A stretch of DNA of 63,939 nt, counting the filler, from Polymyxa betae A26-41 (taxonomy: Eukaryota > Protista > Endomyxa: Phytomyxea): NCBI GenBank assembly GCA_003693705.1. It is 9 parts of 9 records of this genome, joined end to end, with 100 filler letters (N's around TTAATTAATTAA, not from the genome) between each part and the next. Parts side by side here need not be neighbours in the genome. Positions count along the whole stretch, not along the records: positions 61,381 to 63,939 come from RBZT01000037.1; 8 more parts are not named here. One strand, 5' to 3'. Both the position numbers and the translations under genes were made by a program. Every line of letters starts with the position of its first letter. Position 1 is the first letter of the stretch. Of the stretch, positions 62,601-63,939 are shown piece by piece. Below the pieces are notes generated by a model. It made no database searches. It was not told the origin of the DNA and saw nothing but the letters and a program-made list of their open reading frames with translations.

Positions 62601-63939
62601 TGGCTGTTTTTGGTTTGGCTACTGAGTAATGCGAGCCGAAGATTTGGATATTTCCTTGAGTGAGGACAGATTTGGCCTCCTCCTAGCTTGGTGTTATACA
62701 TAATCCTTGTTGCTTCCCAACTTTTGAGCATATTAACTTCTTTGGTTTCTCTTTTCCTTTATATATTTAGCTAGGAAAAAGCTCTTAGTTGTAGTAGGAA
62801 GGCGCTCTGGTATACCAAATGCGATAATGGATAGATCATCGTCGGATTTCGCGCAAGAGCGATCACGGCTGTCGAGTGTCGGCTAGGATGGCCTGAGCGG
62901 CTTTACAGTCGGGGCAGCACTGAGCTGTGTGGAGCGAATAAAAGTGACTGTTGATAATGTCGCGGACATTGATCCGATTCGACATCGTGCTGTGTTCGGG
63001 AACAGCTGCTGGTCGAAAGTGACCCGACATGCTGATTCTGTGAGCAACCGGTGATAGCCGATTGCTCAGAAGCCAGCAGAACTCGGGCCGAATAATTCAC
63101 CACTGTTCGAACGTGACTTGAATCATCGTCAGTTCCAAGACCTTAATCACGAATTAAATATTCATTATTACGAGAATGTTGGTGCTTACGTCGAATAATA
63201 CTTTTTGTTCGAAGAGGTATGAGTGTGACTCTCGAACAAATTGAGCGGCTTCCCTTGGGCCGAAGCCAGGACTTTGAAAATGTCACACAAACCAAACATA
63301 ACAGACGTAATAACTTTCTTACCATCGCATGCATTCCAATCGCCACCGTCCGGCGAACTTTTGCCATGCAGATCGCGTCAGAGGGATCTGATCGCGTAAG
63401 CCGTCCCACGCTGTGGACATGGGCCGGCCGTTCTTAGGCATATATCCGATCTTTACAAAATCGGGATGCCCGATGTAGATGGATAATTGGATTATATATG
63501 TCCAACTCTGTGCCATCTGCCTTGAAGGCTACTGATCCAGCACGGCGGGGTCGCCCAGCAAGTTCACTATGGAGACCAGCGAGTAGATTTTCGGATCTAA
63601 ACAATTTCAGAGACATTTACAACGGAAAATGGTTGCAAACCTGAACGCCAGGTTTCTAAGATTCAAAACCCATCACGTCATTGGTTTAAGATTAACGTCC
63701 ATTGAAATGTCCCAAACGTTTGGACGCTGACATTTTCTCCACGGCCTCGCTCACAATCGCTTGGAACTGCTAGATTACAAGAAAGAGTTTGTTTTCAAAA
63801 ATATCACGTTAAAAGGTCTTATAACGTGATATTTTTGGAAATTTTTTCAATAATATCATTGTGGTATGGGTGGTATTCAAGTCAGGGGCGATTTATCCGT
63901 GATGATATTAAGGATTAATCCAGGATAATATTTAAAAAA

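Overview
Eukaryotic draft-genome window made of nine unrelated contigs joined by artificial 100-bp spacers (44 N + TTAATTAATTAA + 44 N) at 4666, 25357, 38619, 43196, 48019, 52256, 57282 and 61281, so nothing should be linked across those spacers. The genome is compact, with ~50-nt GT-AG introns, and belongs to a flagellated organism. A plasmodiophorid or zoosporic fungus-like protist is my inference; I could not verify it. Host genes: RPL18a, phenylalanine hydroxylase (with 7-, 14- and 16-nt micro-exons and a mitochondrial-like presequence), a DNAH1-like inner-arm dynein heavy chain, an ERT1/AcuK-like Zn2Cys6 factor, tandem P2C/ACU-like P-type ATPases, three tRNAs and several secreted effector-like ORFs. 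The rest is transposon-rich: pogo, Copia, Gypsy and LINE remnants, MITEs, and three unrelated TIR elements that all duplicate an ANT target (AAT, ATT, ACT). Two of those three are full-length two-gene PHIS/Harbinger-type elements. A conserved, apparently structured retroelement 3' RNA module ending in (AATCC)n recurs in two contigs. I found no prokaryotic-type system such as CRISPR.
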